Part shown: in pieces, positions 19,850-29,756 of the stretch
Position numbering within the stretch: position 1 is the stretch's first letter
Layout: each line of letters starts with the position of its first letter
The notes under the pieces: model-generated
The model's input: only the letters and a program-made list of their open reading frames with translations
What the model was told of the DNA's origin: nothing
Database searches by the model: none
NCBI GenBank assembly: GCA_040384725.1
Contig: JAZKIS010000002.1
Span: 7,682-71,681 of the forward strand
DNA from: Patescibacteria group bacterium
GTDB lineage: Bacteria; Patescibacteriota; Minisyncoccia; Phycocordibacterales; Phycocordibacteraceae
DNA length: 64,000 bases
Reading direction: 5' to 3'
Made by a program: the position numbers and the translations under genes

Positions 19850-21766
19850 ATGACCGTATCTGAAGTCCGCAAGCGATTCCTCGCGTTCTACGAGGCAAGG
19901 AGCCACGCTATCGTGCCGTCCGCTCCGATCGTTCCCGGAAACGACCCGACAACCCTCTTTACCTCGAGCGGTATGCAGCCGTTGGTGCCGTATCTTCTTG
20001 GCGAGCCGCATCCAGCGGGTACGCGCATTGCGGACGCGCAGCTGTCCTTCCGTGCAGGCGACATCGAAGAGGTGGGAGACAATCGTCATACGACGTTCTT
20101 CGAGATGCTCGGGAACTGGTCTCTTGGCGACTATTTCAAGAGAGAACAGCTCCCGTGGATCTTCGAGTTCCTTACCTCCAAGGAAGTGGGGTTGGGATTC
20201 GATCCTGAGCGGGTGTACGTAACAGTCTTCGCCGGAGACCCGAGTACGGGTGTTGATGCGGACACCGAAGCGGTTGAGCTCTGGAAAGGACTCTTTAAAG
20301 AAAAGGGAATCGATGCAGGATTCGCATCCATTGGCACCGAGGAGGAGGGGTACGCACGCGGCATGAATCCTGGAGAGCGAATCTTTGCCTATGGCGACAA
20401 GAACTGGTGGAGCAGGGTTGGCGCGCCGTCCAAGATGACGGCAGGAGAGCCAGGAGGCCCTGATTCCGAGATGTTCTACGACTTTGGTACGCCGCACGAC
20501 ACGAAGTGGGGCGAACACTGCCACGTGAACTGCGATTGCGGGCGATTCGTTGAGATCTGCAACTCCGTATTCATGCAGTTCCTTAAGAACGAGGACGGCA
20601 GCTTCTCCGAGCTTCCGAAGCAGAACGTTGATTTCGGTGGAGGTCTCGAGCGTATCGTCGCCACGAGCATGGGGGAGTCCGATGTCTTCCTTATCGACGT
20701 CTTCGATTCCGCCCGCGCTGTTCTGGAGGCTCGTACCGGCAAGAAATACCTCGAGGACGAGGCGAGCACCCGTGCGTTCCGTATCATCATGGATCACATG
20801 CGTGCGAGTGCGTTCATGCTCGCGGAAGGCATCCTGCCGTCGAACACCGAGGCCGGCTACGTGTTGCGCAGGCTCCTGCGCCGGGCCATACGCGAATCAG
20901 ATCGCCTCGGTATCAAGGACGCGGTCCTCGCAGACGTCGCGAAGGGCTATGGCCAGGTCTATGCGGATCAGTATCCACATGTACTAGAGAACGCAGACAA
21001 GATCCGTGAAGAGATAGCGAAGGAAGAGGAGAAGTTCAGGAAGACCCTTACGAGCGGCATGCGCGAGCTCGAGAAGCTTTCTTCGAACGGAACTATCAGT
21101 GCTGAGAACGTATTCACCCTTTTCACTACCTTCGGCTTCCCTGTCGAGCTTACCGAAGAGATCGCGAACGAGCGTGAGATTGAGATAGACCTTACGGCAG
21201 TCGTAGCACTGATGAGGCAGCATCAGGAGACCTCACGCGCAGGAGGTGCACAGCGCTTCGCGGGAGGGCTTGCAGACCATGCGGAGCAGACCGTCCGGTA
21301 TCACACCACGCACCATATTCTTTTGAAGGCGCTTCAGATGGTGCTGGGATCTGAAGTTAAGCAGCGAGGCTCAAACATAACCTCAGAACGTCTTCGTATA
21401 GACTTCGCATCTCCCGGCAAGATGTCGGACGAGCAGAAGGCTGAGGTTGAGAGAATCGTGAACGAGACCATATACCAGGATCTTCCGGTTACGCGCACCG
21501 TTATGCCACGCGAAGAGGCTGAGAAGCTCGGAGCTGAGATGGAGTTCGGTGTTAAGTATCCGGACATGGTGTCCGTGTATTCGGTCGGACCTATCCATGC
21601 CACAGAAGCGACACCGGATATTCCGAACGCCTTCTCGCTTGAATTCTGCGGAGGTCCGCATGTTTCAAACACGAGCGAGATACATGCAGACGGACGTACG
21701 TTTCGGATCCAGAAAGAGGAAGCCGTTGCGAGTGGCGTTCGGAGGATCAAAGCGGTGTTGGACTAA
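19850..21766 (+). CDS. alaS: Alanine--tRNA ligase, short form without C-Ala
   Basis: DPTTLFTSSGMQP, HTTFFEMLGNWS, editing HTTHH and CGGPH; ends at GVRRIKA. Confidence 0.96.
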   Translation: MTVSEVRKRFLAFYEARSHAIVPSAPIVPGNDPTTLFTSSGMQPLVPYLLGEPHPAGTRIADAQLSFRAGDIEEVGDNRHTTFFEMLGNWSLGDYFKREQLPWIFEFLTSKEVGLGFDPERVYVTVFAGDPSTGVDADTEAVELWKGLFKEKGIDAGFASIGTEEEGYARGMNPGERIFAYGDKNWWSRVGAPSKMTAGEPGGPDSEMFYDFGTPHDTKWGEHCHVNCDCGRFVEICNSVFMQFLKNEDGSFSELPKQNVDFGGGLERIVATSMGESDVFLIDVFDSARAVLEARTGKKYLEDEASTRAFRIIMDHMRASAFMLAEGILPSNTEAGYVLRRLLRRAIRESDRLGIKDAVLADVAKGYGQVYADQYPHVLENADKIREEIAKEEEKFRKTLTSGMRELEKLSSNGTISAENVFTLFTTFGFPVELTEEIANEREIEIDLTAVVALMRQHQETSRAGGAQRFAGGLADHAEQTVRYHTTHHILLKALQMVLGSEVKQRGSNITSERLRIDFASPGKMSDEQKAEVERIVNETIYQDLPVTRTVMPREEAEKLGAEMEFGVKYPDMVSVYSVGPIHATEATPDIPNAFSLEFCGGPHVSNTSEIHADGRTFRIQKEEAVASGVRRIKAVLD

Positions 21767-21822
21767 AGACACTGGCGATGCTTAGATGAGGCCAGACTAA
21801 GGAACCGTATAAGGAGAGGCGA

Positions 21823-22035
21823 ATGATTGCGTTCGAGATTACTCAGCACAATGAAGTTGAAATCAAATCCTGGCTCGAGAGGCATGACAAAACCTGCATG
21901 TTCAAGGCACGTTCAGGCCAAGGAGCAGTTGGAGGCCGTTTGACCTACAGCTTCAGTCCAACGGATGTCGGCGTGATGAAAAAAGTCTCATGTGCCTGCG
22001 GCGCAGAGACTAGTATCGGCCTCAATGATCTCTAG
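21823..22035 (+). CDS. Small accessory protein with putative Zn-binding residues
   Basis: SD AAGGAGAG; HDKTC...GAVGGRLTYSFSPT..G...CACG. Confidence 0.65.
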   Translation: MIAFEITQHNEVEIKSWLERHDKTCMFKARSGQGAVGGRLTYSFSPTDVGVMKKVSCACGAETSIGLNDL

Positions 22036-22051
22036 GGCTCAGGTATACGTT

Positions 22052-22084
22052 GAAGGGCCGCTTCATCGCGAAGCGGCCCTTTTG
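22052..22084. terminator. Terminator between convergent genes
   Basis: AAGGGCCGCTTC-ATCGC-GAAGCGGCCCTT. Confidence 0.85.
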
Positions 22085-22114
22085 CCTATTGGTTCGAAAC
22101 TCGTTCGAAGCTAC

Positions 22115-22951
22115 TTAGTCCTGAACGGTAATAGCGGTGCCCAGTGGCGCCCATTCATAGAGCTCCCTCGCCATAGCAAGCGGCACGTTCACGCAGCCGT
22201 GCGACCACTGCTGCCCGAACTTGGTATGCCAGTACGCGCCGTGTATGGCGCCGCCTTCCTTGGTGAAGTACATATTCCACGGAACCCCGGGGAGGTCATA
22301 GTAGTCCTCGGAGACGTCGGGAAGCGGCCCCTGCATGTAGCGGCTCGGCGTCTTCTTGAAGACTCTGAAGCTTCCTCGGGGCGTTGGTGTCAGGTCGTGT
22401 CCCGTTGAGATCGTCGTCTTGAGAGCGAGCTCCTCACCGTCATAGGCATAGAGCATCTGCTCGGAACGATCGACAACGATACGCTTCGTCGTCGTCTCGT
22501 CTCCTGGCAGCAAAAGCGTCGTGCCTGGATCATAGAACGCCCGTACCTGATCGCTCGCGACGTACCAGTCTTTCGCAACGCGGTCCTTGTAGCGAATCCA
22601 CTCACTGAACTCCACCTTGTACCAGACACGACCAGATGCGTCCGTCTCGGTCTCTTTTGCTATAGGAAGTACCGTTCCCGTGCGCAACTTTCCGATCGCC
22701 GGAGCCGAGGTAGTTGCCTCCATACGGATGTTCACGCAGCTGCCGGAGAAATCAGCGCCGCACCCGTCGAGCACTTCAATGTACGTAGGGAGCTCTATCT
22801 TAGGTTCCTCCGCAGACACGAGCTCCGAAACCGCAGTAGCTGCTTCCTCAAGCGTGACGCTCTTGCCGTTAAGGAATAGGAACGCAAGGACCGCAACAGC
22901 GAGCATGACGATCCCGAGCGCGATGAGGAGAATCTTCCTATTCCTATGCAT
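22115..22951 (-). CDS. L,D-transpeptidase (YkuD family) with N-terminal TM and SH3-like domain
   Basis: STG, TPRG, AIHGAYWH..FG...SHGCVN catalytic motif. Confidence 0.92.
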   Translation of the reverse strand: MHRNRKILLIALGIVMLAVAVLAFLFLNGKSVTLEEAATAVSELVSAEEPKIELPTYIEVLDGCGADFSGSCVNIRMEATTSAPAIGKLRTGTVLPIAKETETDASGRVWYKVEFSEWIRYKDRVAKDWYVASDQVRAFYDPGTTLLLPGDETTTKRIVVDRSEQMLYAYDGEELALKTTISTGHDLTPTPRGSFRVFKKTPSRYMQGPLPDVSEDYYDLPGVPWNMYFTKEGGAIHGAYWHTKFGQQWSHGCVNVPLAMARELYEWAPLGTAITVQD

Positions 22952-23005
22952 GTCCCTAGAGTACAACACAAGGGTGCCCTTGGTCATCCTGGTATACTGG
23001 CCCGT

Positions 23006-24172
23006 ATGGCTCTTTTTCCGTTCGGAAAGAAGAAGGCGCGCTCCGTCGCGCTGATTGATATCGGTTCAGCGTCGGTAGGCGGCGCGTATGTGCACTACGA
23101 GGAAGGGAAGCCACCGATAATCTACTACACCGCGCGCGTTGACGTTGAGGTGCGCGAAGGCGAGACCATCAGGGACGGCATGCTCCGCTCACTCGCCTTC
23201 CTCGAGCGGCTCCTCATCGAAGAAGGGGCTCCTGCGCTCCGACGTGAGACGGGGAGTGCGGTTATTGAGAAAGTGCTCGTGTCCGTAGCGGCTCCCTGGC
23301 AGGACACGCTCGTTTCAACGACTAATATCCAGCAGAAGAATCCTTTCACGTTCACGTTCACGCACATGCATCTTGCGGATGCGGTTAAGAAGACCTCGGT
23401 GGTACCCAAAGACCGGGTAAGCTCAGGACACACCGTCATCGCAACCATCCTGAACGGATACGAAACGCCGAGTCCCTTCGGAAAGCGCGTAACTCGTGCA
23501 GAGCTCGTGATTCTCGCGTCGACGCTTGAGAAGGAGGCGGCGCACGCTATAGAAGCATCTTTGCGAAAAGCATTCCATACGAATGAGATCGAGCTAACCG
23601 CATTCGCGCCCGTTGCGTATACGGTCTTCAGGGATCTGTACCCACACCAGAAGGATTTCGTAGTGCTCGACGTGTCCGGAACCGGGACTGACGCGGCATT
23701 CGTGAAGCGCGGGCTCCTCGTAGAGGTCCGGAGCGTTGCCTACGGCACGCAGGACCTCCTTATCGCTGCACGCAAAGCAGGGCAGCGGGCGCACCTGTCT
23801 TCCGTTGATATGATCGATCCGGTTGCGAACGAATCCTTCGCGAAGGAATCCGAGGAGGCAGAGCGCATCTGGCTCGACGGATTGCATGGAGCGTTCGCGA
23901 GCGTCGCGAGCGTGCAGGCGCTTCCGCGCACCCTCCTTCTGCTTGCAGACACCGAAGCGCGTGACTACCTGAAGCGCACCCTTGAAGAGAGTGGACTGCG
24001 TACGCTCTGGCTTTCGGACGAACCCCTGTCCGTTATACCGATCACGCCGTCGCACCTTGCCGCGAGAGTGAAGACGAGGGGGCTCGGGGACGGGGACCTT
24101 TTCCTTGCTCTCCTTGCGCTCTATGCCGCCAGAGGCACCAGTCTTCCAGAGGCGGTGCCTGAATCGGTCTAG
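23006..24172 (+). CDS. Actin-fold FtsA/PilM-like protein
   Basis: IDIGSASV and LDVSG phosphate-loop motifs. Confidence 0.7.
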   Translation: MALFPFGKKKARSVALIDIGSASVGGAYVHYEEGKPPIIYYTARVDVEVREGETIRDGMLRSLAFLERLLIEEGAPALRRETGSAVIEKVLVSVAAPWQDTLVSTTNIQQKNPFTFTFTHMHLADAVKKTSVVPKDRVSSGHTVIATILNGYETPSPFGKRVTRAELVILASTLEKEAAHAIEASLRKAFHTNEIELTAFAPVAYTVFRDLYPHQKDFVVLDVSGTGTDAAFVKRGLLVEVRSVAYGTQDLLIAARKAGQRAHLSSVDMIDPVANESFAKESEEAERIWLDGLHGAFASVASVQALPRTLLLLADTEARDYLKRTLEESGLRTLWLSDEPLSVIPITPSHLAARVKTRGLGDGDLFLALLALYAARGTSLPEAVPESV

Positions 24173-24258
24173 GCGTTATACCCTTCGAGAACGAAGGGCT
24201 CCTTGTGCGGGTGTATACTTACCCGGTACTACTCATATCGAGGCTTTTCTACGTAGAT

Positions 24259-25530
24259 ATGCAAAAGAATCTGAATGACATCATCCCTCCATCACGGAGA
24301 CGTGCTATGGAAGGCAGCGAGGACGCTCCGGCATACACCTCATCTGCAGTCCCGCCGCCCGTTCCTCCCGAGCGACCTGCCTACGCGCGTCCTCTTGCGC
24401 CGCGTCCGAAGCGCTCGTTCCCCGTTGGGACCGCCATCGTTGCAGCGATCGTTATCCTCGGCTCTATCGGCGCGCTGTTTGCGTTCTCAGGCGCTGAGGT
24501 AAAGGTAACGGCAACCGAGAATCAGACTGCCGTATCAGGCGAGTTCCTTGCCACCGGTTCCGGAGGCGATCTCCCGTTCGAGATCCTCACCGTCGAGAAG
24601 ATAGCGAGCGTCGAGGTTGAGAGCGAGGGAACCGAAACGGTTAACCAGTCCGCCCAGGGCACTCTCACCATCGAGAACAAGCAGGACGTTCCGCAGCAGC
24701 TCATCAAGAACACCCGCTTCGAGACGCCGGACGGCCTCATATTCCGTATCCGTGACTCCGTAACGGTGCCAGCCGCCAAAGGCGGCGCACCCGGCACCCT
24801 CGTCACGACCGTCTACGCGGACGCGACCGGAGAAAGCTATAACGTAGGCGCAACCACTTTCACGCTTCCGGGTCTTAAGGGCGGCGCGACCTTCACGCAG
24901 GTAACCGGACGCTCCACCGAATCCATGAAGGGCGGATTCGCCGGACCTCGCCCGAGCGTTAAGGCAGCGACCCGTGAGGCGAAAGGACAGGAGATTCGCA
25001 CGAAGCTCGGCTCTGATATCGAAGCAGCGATCAGGGATGCTGTTCCTGAAGGGTACATCCTCGTTCCCGGCGGAAGCCGCGTGACGTACGAGCCTCAGCC
25101 GGACCAGGCAGCGGCAGGGAACTCCGTGCAGCTTTCAGAGAAGGCGATCGCTTCGGTCGTAGTCTTCCCGAAGGAAGCGCTCGCACGCGCTATCGCGTAC
25201 CAGGTCGTGGGTTCCTATAGCGGCCAGCCTATCACCATCGAGGACGCATCAGGCCTTACCTTGGCGCCCGTAGGGGACCTACCTGTCCCAGGAACCGAGG
25301 AATTCGCGTTCTCCCTCGCGGGGAATACCAAGGTCTTGTGGAGCGTAGACCCGTCAAAGATCGCAAGCGCGGTGGCCGGAAAGACTGCGGATCAGGCTGA
25401 AACCGTACTCGCGGGATACCCTGAAGTGGAGCGCGCGGCGCTCGTCTTGCGCCCTTTCTGGAACCGTTCCTTCCCGGCAGACCCGGCCAAGATCGACGTA
25501 AAGGTCGAGAACGCTCCGAAACCCAAGTAA
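24259..25530 (+). CDS. Membrane-anchored protein with baseplate-J-like extracellular region
   Basis: DIIPP N-terminus, single TM, LIKNTRFETPDGLIFR, ADATGESYNV, MKGG motifs. Confidence 0.65.
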   Translation: MQKNLNDIIPPSRRRAMEGSEDAPAYTSSAVPPPVPPERPAYARPLAPRPKRSFPVGTAIVAAIVILGSIGALFAFSGAEVKVTATENQTAVSGEFLATGSGGDLPFEILTVEKIASVEVESEGTETVNQSAQGTLTIENKQDVPQQLIKNTRFETPDGLIFRIRDSVTVPAAKGGAPGTLVTTVYADATGESYNVGATTFTLPGLKGGATFTQVTGRSTESMKGGFAGPRPSVKAATREAKGQEIRTKLGSDIEAAIRDAVPEGYILVPGGSRVTYEPQPDQAAAGNSVQLSEKAIASVVVFPKEALARAIAYQVVGSYSGQPITIEDASGLTLAPVGDLPVPGTEEFAFSLAGNTKVLWSVDPSKIASAVAGKTADQAETVLAGYPEVERAALVLRPFWNRSFPADPAKIDVKVENAPKPK

Positions 25531-25588
25531 ACTAGGGATAACGCGGTTGACGCTCCTGCCAGTCCTTGGTAGGATAATGAAGCTTCAC

Positions 25589-25804
25589 ATGGAGGTAAGT
25601 AAAGAAGGCGCAGCAACCGGCTCCGTAGAGGAGGTGCTTCCTAATTCCCTTTTCAGGGTTAGGATGCCGACGGGAGAGCTCCAGCTTGCTTACCTTGCAG
25701 GAAAGATGCGCCTGCACCGGATACGCGTTCTGGTAGGTGACCAGGTAGAACTGGTTATCGACCCGTATGGCGGCCGGGCACGCATCGTGAGGCGGCTTAG
25801 CTAA
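25589..25804 (+). CDS. infA: Translation initiation factor IF-1
   Basis: [25 protein letters not shown]; start chosen by comparison with typical IF-1 length. Confidence 0.95.
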   Translation: MEVSKEGAATGSVEEVLPNSLFRVRMPTGELQLAYLAGKMRLHRIRVLVGDQVELVIDPYGGRARIVRRLS

Positions 25805-25815
25805 ATATCCTAACG

Positions 25816-25932
25816 ATGAAGGTACGCGCATCCATTAAAGTCCAGCAGCCTGGAGATATCATCGTCCGCCGTCGCGGACGCTTGTACCGTATCAACAAGC
25901 GCAACCCTCGCCGCAAGGCACGTCAGGGCTAG
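25816..25932 (+). CDS. rpmJ: 50S ribosomal protein L36, Cys-free form (not in the ORF track)
   Basis: Hand translation [38 protein letters not shown]; located between infA and rpsM. Confidence 0.95.
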   Translation: MKVRASIKVQQPGDIIVRRRGRLYRINKRNPRRKARQG

Positions 25933-25974
25933 AGCCGTCTTACTTTCTTTTACCTTACTTAATTCTCGTATCCC

Positions 25975-26355
25975 ATGCGTATCGCCGGTGTAACCCTTCC
26001 AGACGACAAGCAGCTCGCCTACGCGCTGCCTCTTATCTTTGGTATCGGACCGACGCGTGCGCTCGACATCCTCAAGGCTGCAAAGGTTGAGCCTACCCGC
26101 AAGGGAAGCGACCTCTCTGCTGACGAGGAGCAGACGATCCGTACTCTTGCGGAGGCCTACACCATCGAAGGAGAGCTCCGCCGCGAGGAGGGACAGAACG
26201 TAAAGCGCTTGAAGGACATCCGTTCCGCACGCGGTATCCGCCATGAGCGCCGTCTCCCGGTCCGCGCACAGCGCACCAAGACGAACTCCCGCACCGTCCG
26301 TGGCAACACTCGTAAGACGATGGGTTCTGGTCGCCGTACGCTCGAGAAGACATAA
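25975..26355 (+). CDS. rpsM: 30S ribosomal protein S13
   Basis: MRIAGV, IFGIG, LPVRAQRTKTNSRT. Confidence 0.97.
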   Translation: MRIAGVTLPDDKQLAYALPLIFGIGPTRALDILKAAKVEPTRKGSDLSADEEQTIRTLAEAYTIEGELRREEGQNVKRLKDIRSARGIRHERRLPVRAQRTKTNSRTVRGNTRKTMGSGRRTLEKT

Positions 26356-26382
26356 TCCGCGGACATACACTTTTAATTCACT

Positions 26383-26817
26383 ATGGGAAAGAAACGAATC
26401 ATCAAGAAGTCGGGCAAGGGCATGGACCAGGGCCGCAAGGACCGTGCGATGTCCAAGGCCGTCAAGAAGCGTCTCGAGCGCGGCGTACTTCACGTCGAGG
26501 CAACCTTCAACAACACGAAGGTCGTGCTCACGGACGAGGCTGGGAACGCGATCATGTCTTCTTCTGCAGGCGCCCTCGGCTTCTCTGGTGCTCGCAAGTC
26601 CACTCCGTACGCCGCTACCAAGGTCGGCGAGCTCATCGGCGACAAGGCGATCCTCATCGGCCTCAAGGAGGCTTCCGTGGTTATCCGTGGCATCGGTGCA
26701 GGACGCGAGTCCGCGCTCCGCGGCTTCTCGACCAAGGGCATCGCTATCCGTTCCATCAAGGACGCGACTCCGGTCCCGCATAACGGCCCCCGCCCTAAGA
26801 AGGCTCGTCGCGTATAG
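26383..26817 (+). CDS. rpsK: 30S ribosomal protein S11
   Basis: ATFNNT, RKSTPYAA, DATPVPHNG. Confidence 0.98.
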   Translation: MGKKRIIKKSGKGMDQGRKDRAMSKAVKKRLERGVLHVEATFNNTKVVLTDEAGNAIMSSSAGALGFSGARKSTPYAATKVGELIGDKAILIGLKEASVVIRGIGAGRESALRGFSTKGIAIRSIKDATPVPHNGPRPKKARRV

Positions 26818-26838
26818 TCTTTCTCATCCTCTCTACCT

Positions 26839-27453
26839 ATGAAAATCGGACCTAAGTACAAGATCGCGAAGCGCCTCGGCGCATCCGTCTTCGAGAAGAC
26901 CCAGACCCAGAAGTTCGCTATCGCGGAAGAGCGCGCTGCGCGTAACAAGAAGGGACGTCGCCAGAACCAGACTGAGTTCGGCAAGCAGCTCCTTGAGAAG
27001 CAGAAGGTACGCATGACTTACGGCCTTTCTGAGCGCCAGTTCTCGAACTACGTCGCGACCGCAACGTCCACCCACTCGGCCCCTCCGGCTCAGACCCTCC
27101 ACCGCCTTCTTGAGCTCCGTCTCGACAACATCGCGTATCGCCTCGGGTTGGCCCCGACGCGCCGTGCTGCTCGCCAGATGGTCTCGCACGGTCACCTCAC
27201 GGTGAACGGCGTGAAGACCACGATTCCGTCGCGTGCGATGAAGATCGGTGACAAGATCGCGGTTCGCGAAGGTTCGAAGAGTGCGGTGCTGTTCGAGAAT
27301 TTCGCCGAGAAGTTCCTAGAGCGCCCGACCCTGTCGCCGTGGCTTTCATGGAATCCTAAGGCGATGGAGGGCAGTGTGAACGAGGTTCCGACCGAGGAGG
27401 CAGCGTCTCCTGCAGGCGATCTCGTTGCGGTGCTCTCGTTCTACAGCCGCTAG
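26839..27453 (+). CDS. rpsD: 30S ribosomal protein S4
   Basis: QLLEKQK, LELRLDN, ARQMVSHGH. Confidence 0.98.
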   Translation: MKIGPKYKIAKRLGASVFEKTQTQKFAIAEERAARNKKGRRQNQTEFGKQLLEKQKVRMTYGLSERQFSNYVATATSTHSAPPAQTLHRLLELRLDNIAYRLGLAPTRRAARQMVSHGHLTVNGVKTTIPSRAMKIGDKIAVREGSKSAVLFENFAEKFLERPTLSPWLSWNPKAMEGSVNEVPTEEAASPAGDLVAVLSFYSR

Positions 27454-27500
27454 TCTTTATACGTTTTTCAGCTTTATTGTTGGTTTAATCTGATTGAGTT

Positions 27501-28454
27501 ATGGAATACCACATCACGCTCCCGTCGAAGCCCCGTGTCGTCTCAGAAGAAGGCGTTCAGGGCGTTTATGAGATCGATTCTCTGTACCCAGGCTACGGCC
27601 ATACCCTCGGCAACTCGCTTCGCCGCATCATCCACGCATCGCTTCCGGGCGCTGCAGTTACCTCCGTTAAGATCGAGGGCGTCTCGCACGAGTTCGCTAC
27701 CATGGACGGCGTGCGCGAGTCCGTCATGGAGGTGCTTCTTAACTTGAAGCGCGTGCACTTCTCGCTTCACGGCGATGAGGCGCAGACCATTTCGCTCTCG
27801 GTTAAGGGACCGAAGCAGGTTACCGCTGCTGATTTCAAGCTTCCGTCTCAGGTAGAGATCGCGAACCCTGACATGCACATCGCGGACATCTCCGGAAAGG
27901 TAGCATTCGAGCTCGAGGCAACCATCGAGCGCGGCCTCGGCTACGTACCGCGCGAGACTCTTACGAAGGAGAAGGTTGATATCGGCACCATCGCGCTCGA
28001 TGCCACGTTCACCCCTATCCGCCGCGTTAACTACGAGGTAGAGAACATGCGCGTTGGCGACCGTACGGACTTCAACCGTCTCCGCATGCTCATCGAGACG
28101 AACGGTACGATCTCTCCTCGCGAGGCGCTCGAGCGCTCTATCGAGACCATGATCCAGCAGCTTTCCGCGGTTATCGGATTCCAGGACTCCCGTGAAGAGT
28201 CTGCAGATTCCTCTTCGAAGGCTGTCGCTGACGACAAGTCGGCAGGAAAGGATCCTGCGAAGGTGAAGGTTGAGGAGCTAGAGCTCGGGGGCCGCGTAAC
28301 AACCGCCCTTCAGGACGCAGGTATCAAGAGCGTTGCCGGCCTCGTTAAGAAGACGTCCGCTCAGCTCCTTGAGCTTGACGGCGTCGGCGAGAAGGCCGTC
28401 GTTGATATCTCTGAGGCCCTCGACAAGCTCGGACTCGAGCTTAAAGGCGAGTAA
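27501..28454 (+). CDS. rpoA: RNA polymerase subunit alpha
   Basis: GYGHTLGNSLRR, HEF, DATFTPIRRVNY. Confidence 0.98.
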   Translation: MEYHITLPSKPRVVSEEGVQGVYEIDSLYPGYGHTLGNSLRRIIHASLPGAAVTSVKIEGVSHEFATMDGVRESVMEVLLNLKRVHFSLHGDEAQTISLSVKGPKQVTAADFKLPSQVEIANPDMHIADISGKVAFELEATIERGLGYVPRETLTKEKVDIGTIALDATFTPIRRVNYEVENMRVGDRTDFNRLRMLIETNGTISPREALERSIETMIQQLSAVIGFQDSREESADSSSKAVADDKSAGKDPAKVKVEELELGGRVTTALQDAGIKSVAGLVKKTSAQLLELDGVGEKAVVDISEALDKLGLELKGE

Positions 28455-28491
28455 TTTGGACGCCGTAAGGAATTCGTGTTAAAAAAGATAT

Positions 28492-28845
28492 ATGCGCCAT
28501 CATCACAAAGGAAGGACGTTCGGACGACCGCATGACCAGCGCGTAGCGTTGATGCGTTCCCTGATGCGTTCCCTCATCATCCACGAGCGCATCTCGACGA
28601 CCGAGGCAAAGGCTAAGGAGCTCCGCCCGATCATCGAGAAGCTCGTATCCCACGCCCGCGTGGACTCGGTGGCTAACCGCCGCCTCGTGGCTGCACGCCT
28701 CGGCAACGATGACGAGTCGACCGCGAAGCTCTTCGCGACGATCGCTCCTCGCTATACCGAGCGTCCTGGTGGCTACACCCGTATCGTGAAGCGTGCTGCA
28801 ACCGCGACCGACGGACGTAAGCAGGCCTACATCGCATTCGTATAA
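28492..28845 (+). CDS. rplQ: 50S ribosomal protein L17
   Basis: MRHH, TTEAKAKELR, RPGGYTRI. Confidence 0.98.
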   Translation: MRHHHKGRTFGRPHDQRVALMRSLMRSLIIHERISTTEAKAKELRPIIEKLVSHARVDSVANRRLVAARLGNDDESTAKLFATIAPRYTERPGGYTRIVKRAATATDGRKQAYIAFV

Positions 28846-28849
28846 CATC

Positions 28850-29227
28850 ATGACTACCACTAAGACCCAGAAAGGAGAGCGCACGCTCTACACCATCGAC
28901 GCCACAGGAGGCGCACTCGGACGCGTCGCGTCTGAAGCGGCTTCCGTACTTCTCGGAAAGAAGTCTGCGAACTACATGCAGAACGAGGTCATGCCGGTTG
29001 AGGTTGAGATCGTGAACGCGTCGAAGCTCGTCATGACGGAGAAGCGCATCGCTGGCAAGGAGTACACCCGCTACACGGGCTACCCAGGCGGCCTTCGCAT
29101 TACTTCGCTCGCAAACCTCCTTCAGAAGAAGGGTGTCGGCGAGGCACTCTGGAAGGCTGTTGACGGGATGATCCCACGCAACAAGCTTCGCAAGGAGCGC
29201 ATGAAGCGTCTTACCATAACTGATTAA
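28850..29227 (+). CDS. rplM: 50S ribosomal protein L13
   Basis: IDATGGALGRVAS, YTGYPGGL, GMIP. Confidence 0.96.
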   Translation: MTTTKTQKGERTLYTIDATGGALGRVASEAASVLLGKKSANYMQNEVMPVEVEIVNASKLVMTEKRIAGKEYTRYTGYPGGLRITSLANLLQKKGVGEALWKAVDGMIPRNKLRKERMKRLTITD

Positions 29228-29228
29228 T

Positions 29229-29633
29229 ATGCCCGAGAACACCCAGAACTACGTCACCGCCGTCGGACGCCGCAAAACGGCATCCGCACGCGTGAAGCTG
29301 ACTCCCGCGGACAAGAACTCAGTTACAGTTAACGGCATGGATGCGCGTGAGTATTTCAATACCGCAGAGCGCGAGTCCGTTACCGGAGACGCCTTCCGCG
29401 TCGAGGAGCATAAGAACAACTACGAGGTTATGGCGCGCGTCCAGGGTGGCGGCAAGAGCGCTCAGGCCGTAGCGGTTCGTCACGCGATCTCGCGCGCGCT
29501 CACTCTCATCGAGGAGGGTAGCCGTCCCGCTCTTAAGGCTGCAGGCTTCCTCAAGCGCGATCCTCGTGCTGTGGAGCGCAAGAAGCCAGGTCTTCGTAAG
29601 GCACGCAAGAGTCCTCAGTGGTCCAAGCGTTAG
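29229..29633 (+). CDS. rpsI: 30S ribosomal protein S9
   Basis: GRRKTA, GGG, ERKKPGLRKARKSPQWSKR. Confidence 0.98.
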   Translation: MPENTQNYVTAVGRRKTASARVKLTPADKNSVTVNGMDAREYFNTAERESVTGDAFRVEEHKNNYEVMARVQGGGKSAQAVAVRHAISRALTLIEEGSRPALKAAGFLKRDPRAVERKKPGLRKARKSPQWSKR

Positions 29634-29649
29634 TTTTCCTATCGAACGT

Positions 29650-29690
29650 CGATCAAAGGCTCCAGATATGGAGCCTTTGATCGTTTGTTG
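29650..29690 (+). terminator. Terminator of the ribosomal protein operon
   Basis: CGATCAAAGGCTCCA-GATA-TGGAGCCTTTGATCG followed by TTTGTT. Confidence 0.88.
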
Positions 29691-29756
29691 ACGGCATGCC
29701 GGGAGCCATGTAATCTCCCCATAGACTCTGTACTCTGTCAATTGGAGGACTTCCCC

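Noticed and set aside
23006-25530. Prophage suggested by the baseplate-J-like gene
   Set aside because: No terminase, capsid, tail or integrase genes nearby; the protein has a TM anchor and core-like codon usage.
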